Positions 62,835 to 64,000 of a stretch of 64,000 bases of DNA are shown piece by piece. The translations under genes were made by a program, and so were the position numbers. Within the stretch, counting starts at the first letter, position 1, and each line of letters begins with the position of its first letter. Below the pieces are notes generated by a model. It saw only the letters and a program-made list of their open reading frames with translations, searched no databases and was not told the DNA's origin. Source of the stretch: Sphyrna mokarran (lineage: Eukaryota); NCBI GenBank assembly GCA_024679065.1, contig JAGIQG010000016.1, positions 37,882,001 to 37,946,000 of the forward strand. The letters are read 5' to 3'.

Positions 62835-63179
62835 ATGTCTATTCTTCCTTTTTCAGATGTCAAACGTTCCTCAAGCCCTAAGTTAGCCTTTTATTTCTAT
62901 TTGGACTATTCCCCATTCATAATTGTTCTTTACCTTTTAAATCATTTTAATTACATCTTCCTTTTTAAAACTTCTCAACAATTTTTCTTTGATGAATCTT
63001 CTAAGTTCTGCCAGAGATCTGAATGGATGACATCCATTGCATTTTAGTTGATAATTGGTGCAGAAGTATGAACTTGTGAATGTTTTAGATTTGAATTACC
63101 AAGCGCAAACTTTGATACTTGCTTATTGTGTTCCATTTTATATTTGGTAGAATATTCACCATTTGTCTAGATGAGTAGA

Positions 63180-63642
63180 GCTCCAACAAAACTTGAAGTT
63201 CCATCCAGAACAAAGCAGCCCACTTGATTGGCATCCTGTCCACAAAACATTAATTCCCACCACCACTGATACAGTGTTAGCAGGTGCCAGAGTCTGGCGA
63301 CTCAGGATTTTTACAGTAACTTCATCTCAGTGTTAATATAAGCCCAAGTGACTAATAAATAAACTAACTTTTCAATCTCACGACCACTATCTAGAAGGGC
63401 AGAGGCAGCAGACAAATGGGAACACTACCACCTGAATATTCCTCTCCAAGTCACTCATCATCCTGACTTGGAAATATATCATTGTTCCATCACAATGGCT
63501 GCATCAAAATTCTGGAGCTCCCTTCCTAACTGCAGCAGTTCAAGATGGCAGCTCACTACCATATTCTCAAGGGCATTCAGGCTTGGGAATACATGCAGGC
63601 TTAACCAGCAATGCCAACGTCCCATGAATTAATTTTTTAAAA
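63180..63642 (+). mobile_element. Non-LTR retroelement 3' fragment, interrupted by an isolated type-1 SINE tail (63281-63371)
   Basis: ccatccagaacaaagcagcccacttgattggc...ctgacttggaaatatatc...gttcaagatggcagctcactacca..tctcaagggca...cccatgaat; insert caggtgccagagtctggcgact...gactaataaataaact. Confidence 0.75.
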
Positions 63643-64000
63643 AATGAGTCAAATTGCCCTTAATTATACTTCTTATAAGAATCTCCAGCACATTCCCAAA
63701 GCTAATCTTTGAGATAATCTTTTTCTCAAGTGTGTTGTTATGTCAGCTGTTTTACCATTGTCTCTGAGCTATGATAAAATGTTCCTGCCAGCAGTCACAC
63801 TGTTTCCTCCCAAAGTTTCTTTCATGTCATTGGATGGATATCACCAGATATACAAAAAACGCTTTTTTCACTTATAATTTCAAACTGATAGTTTCTTTTC
63901 TCACTTCAGTTCTCATTATTAAATCTAACTAGGTCCTTTGATTTGTTTGAAAGGTCCAGAGTATATTTTTAACCAAATTATATTTGTCAACTTAGCCTCA

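Noticed and set aside
20676-63047. Many similar ORFs containing CGFPPGALVSSH / EETHTD / GGNPHRH
   Set aside because: All are translations of V-SINE copies, not a gene family.

Overview
Eukaryotic genomic DNA, most likely from a shark/cartilaginous fish (inferred from HE1-like V-SINEs, DeuSINE-like elements and CR1 LINE tails). The whole window lies inside one + strand gene, NFATC2 (NFAT1). Six internal coding exons are present (5584-5786, 19093-19265, 21899-22039, 42344-42399, 45220-45349, 47234-48088). All have GT-AG boundaries and splice into one open frame of 1558 nt encoding most of the Rel-homology region and the C-terminal domain. The 5' exons and the last exon were not found in the window. 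Two exons (56 and 130 nt) are missing from the ORF track, and nearly all other ORF-track entries are repeat-derived or spurious. The introns contain two V-SINE subfamilies with different tails, DeuSINE-like elements, CR1/RTE/Rex-like LINE fragments, MITEs and a hAT element with an 8-bp TSD. The most unusual signals are: (1) three palindromic, TSD-flanked Penelope-like insertions whose arms each carry a minimal hammerhead ribozyme motif, mostly decayed; and (2) a 5-copy His/Ser-Pro repeat expansion plus polyQ in the NFATC2 C-terminal domain. Comparisons with human proteins and repeat families are from memory, not from database searches. Repeat boundaries are approximate unless a TSD is given.
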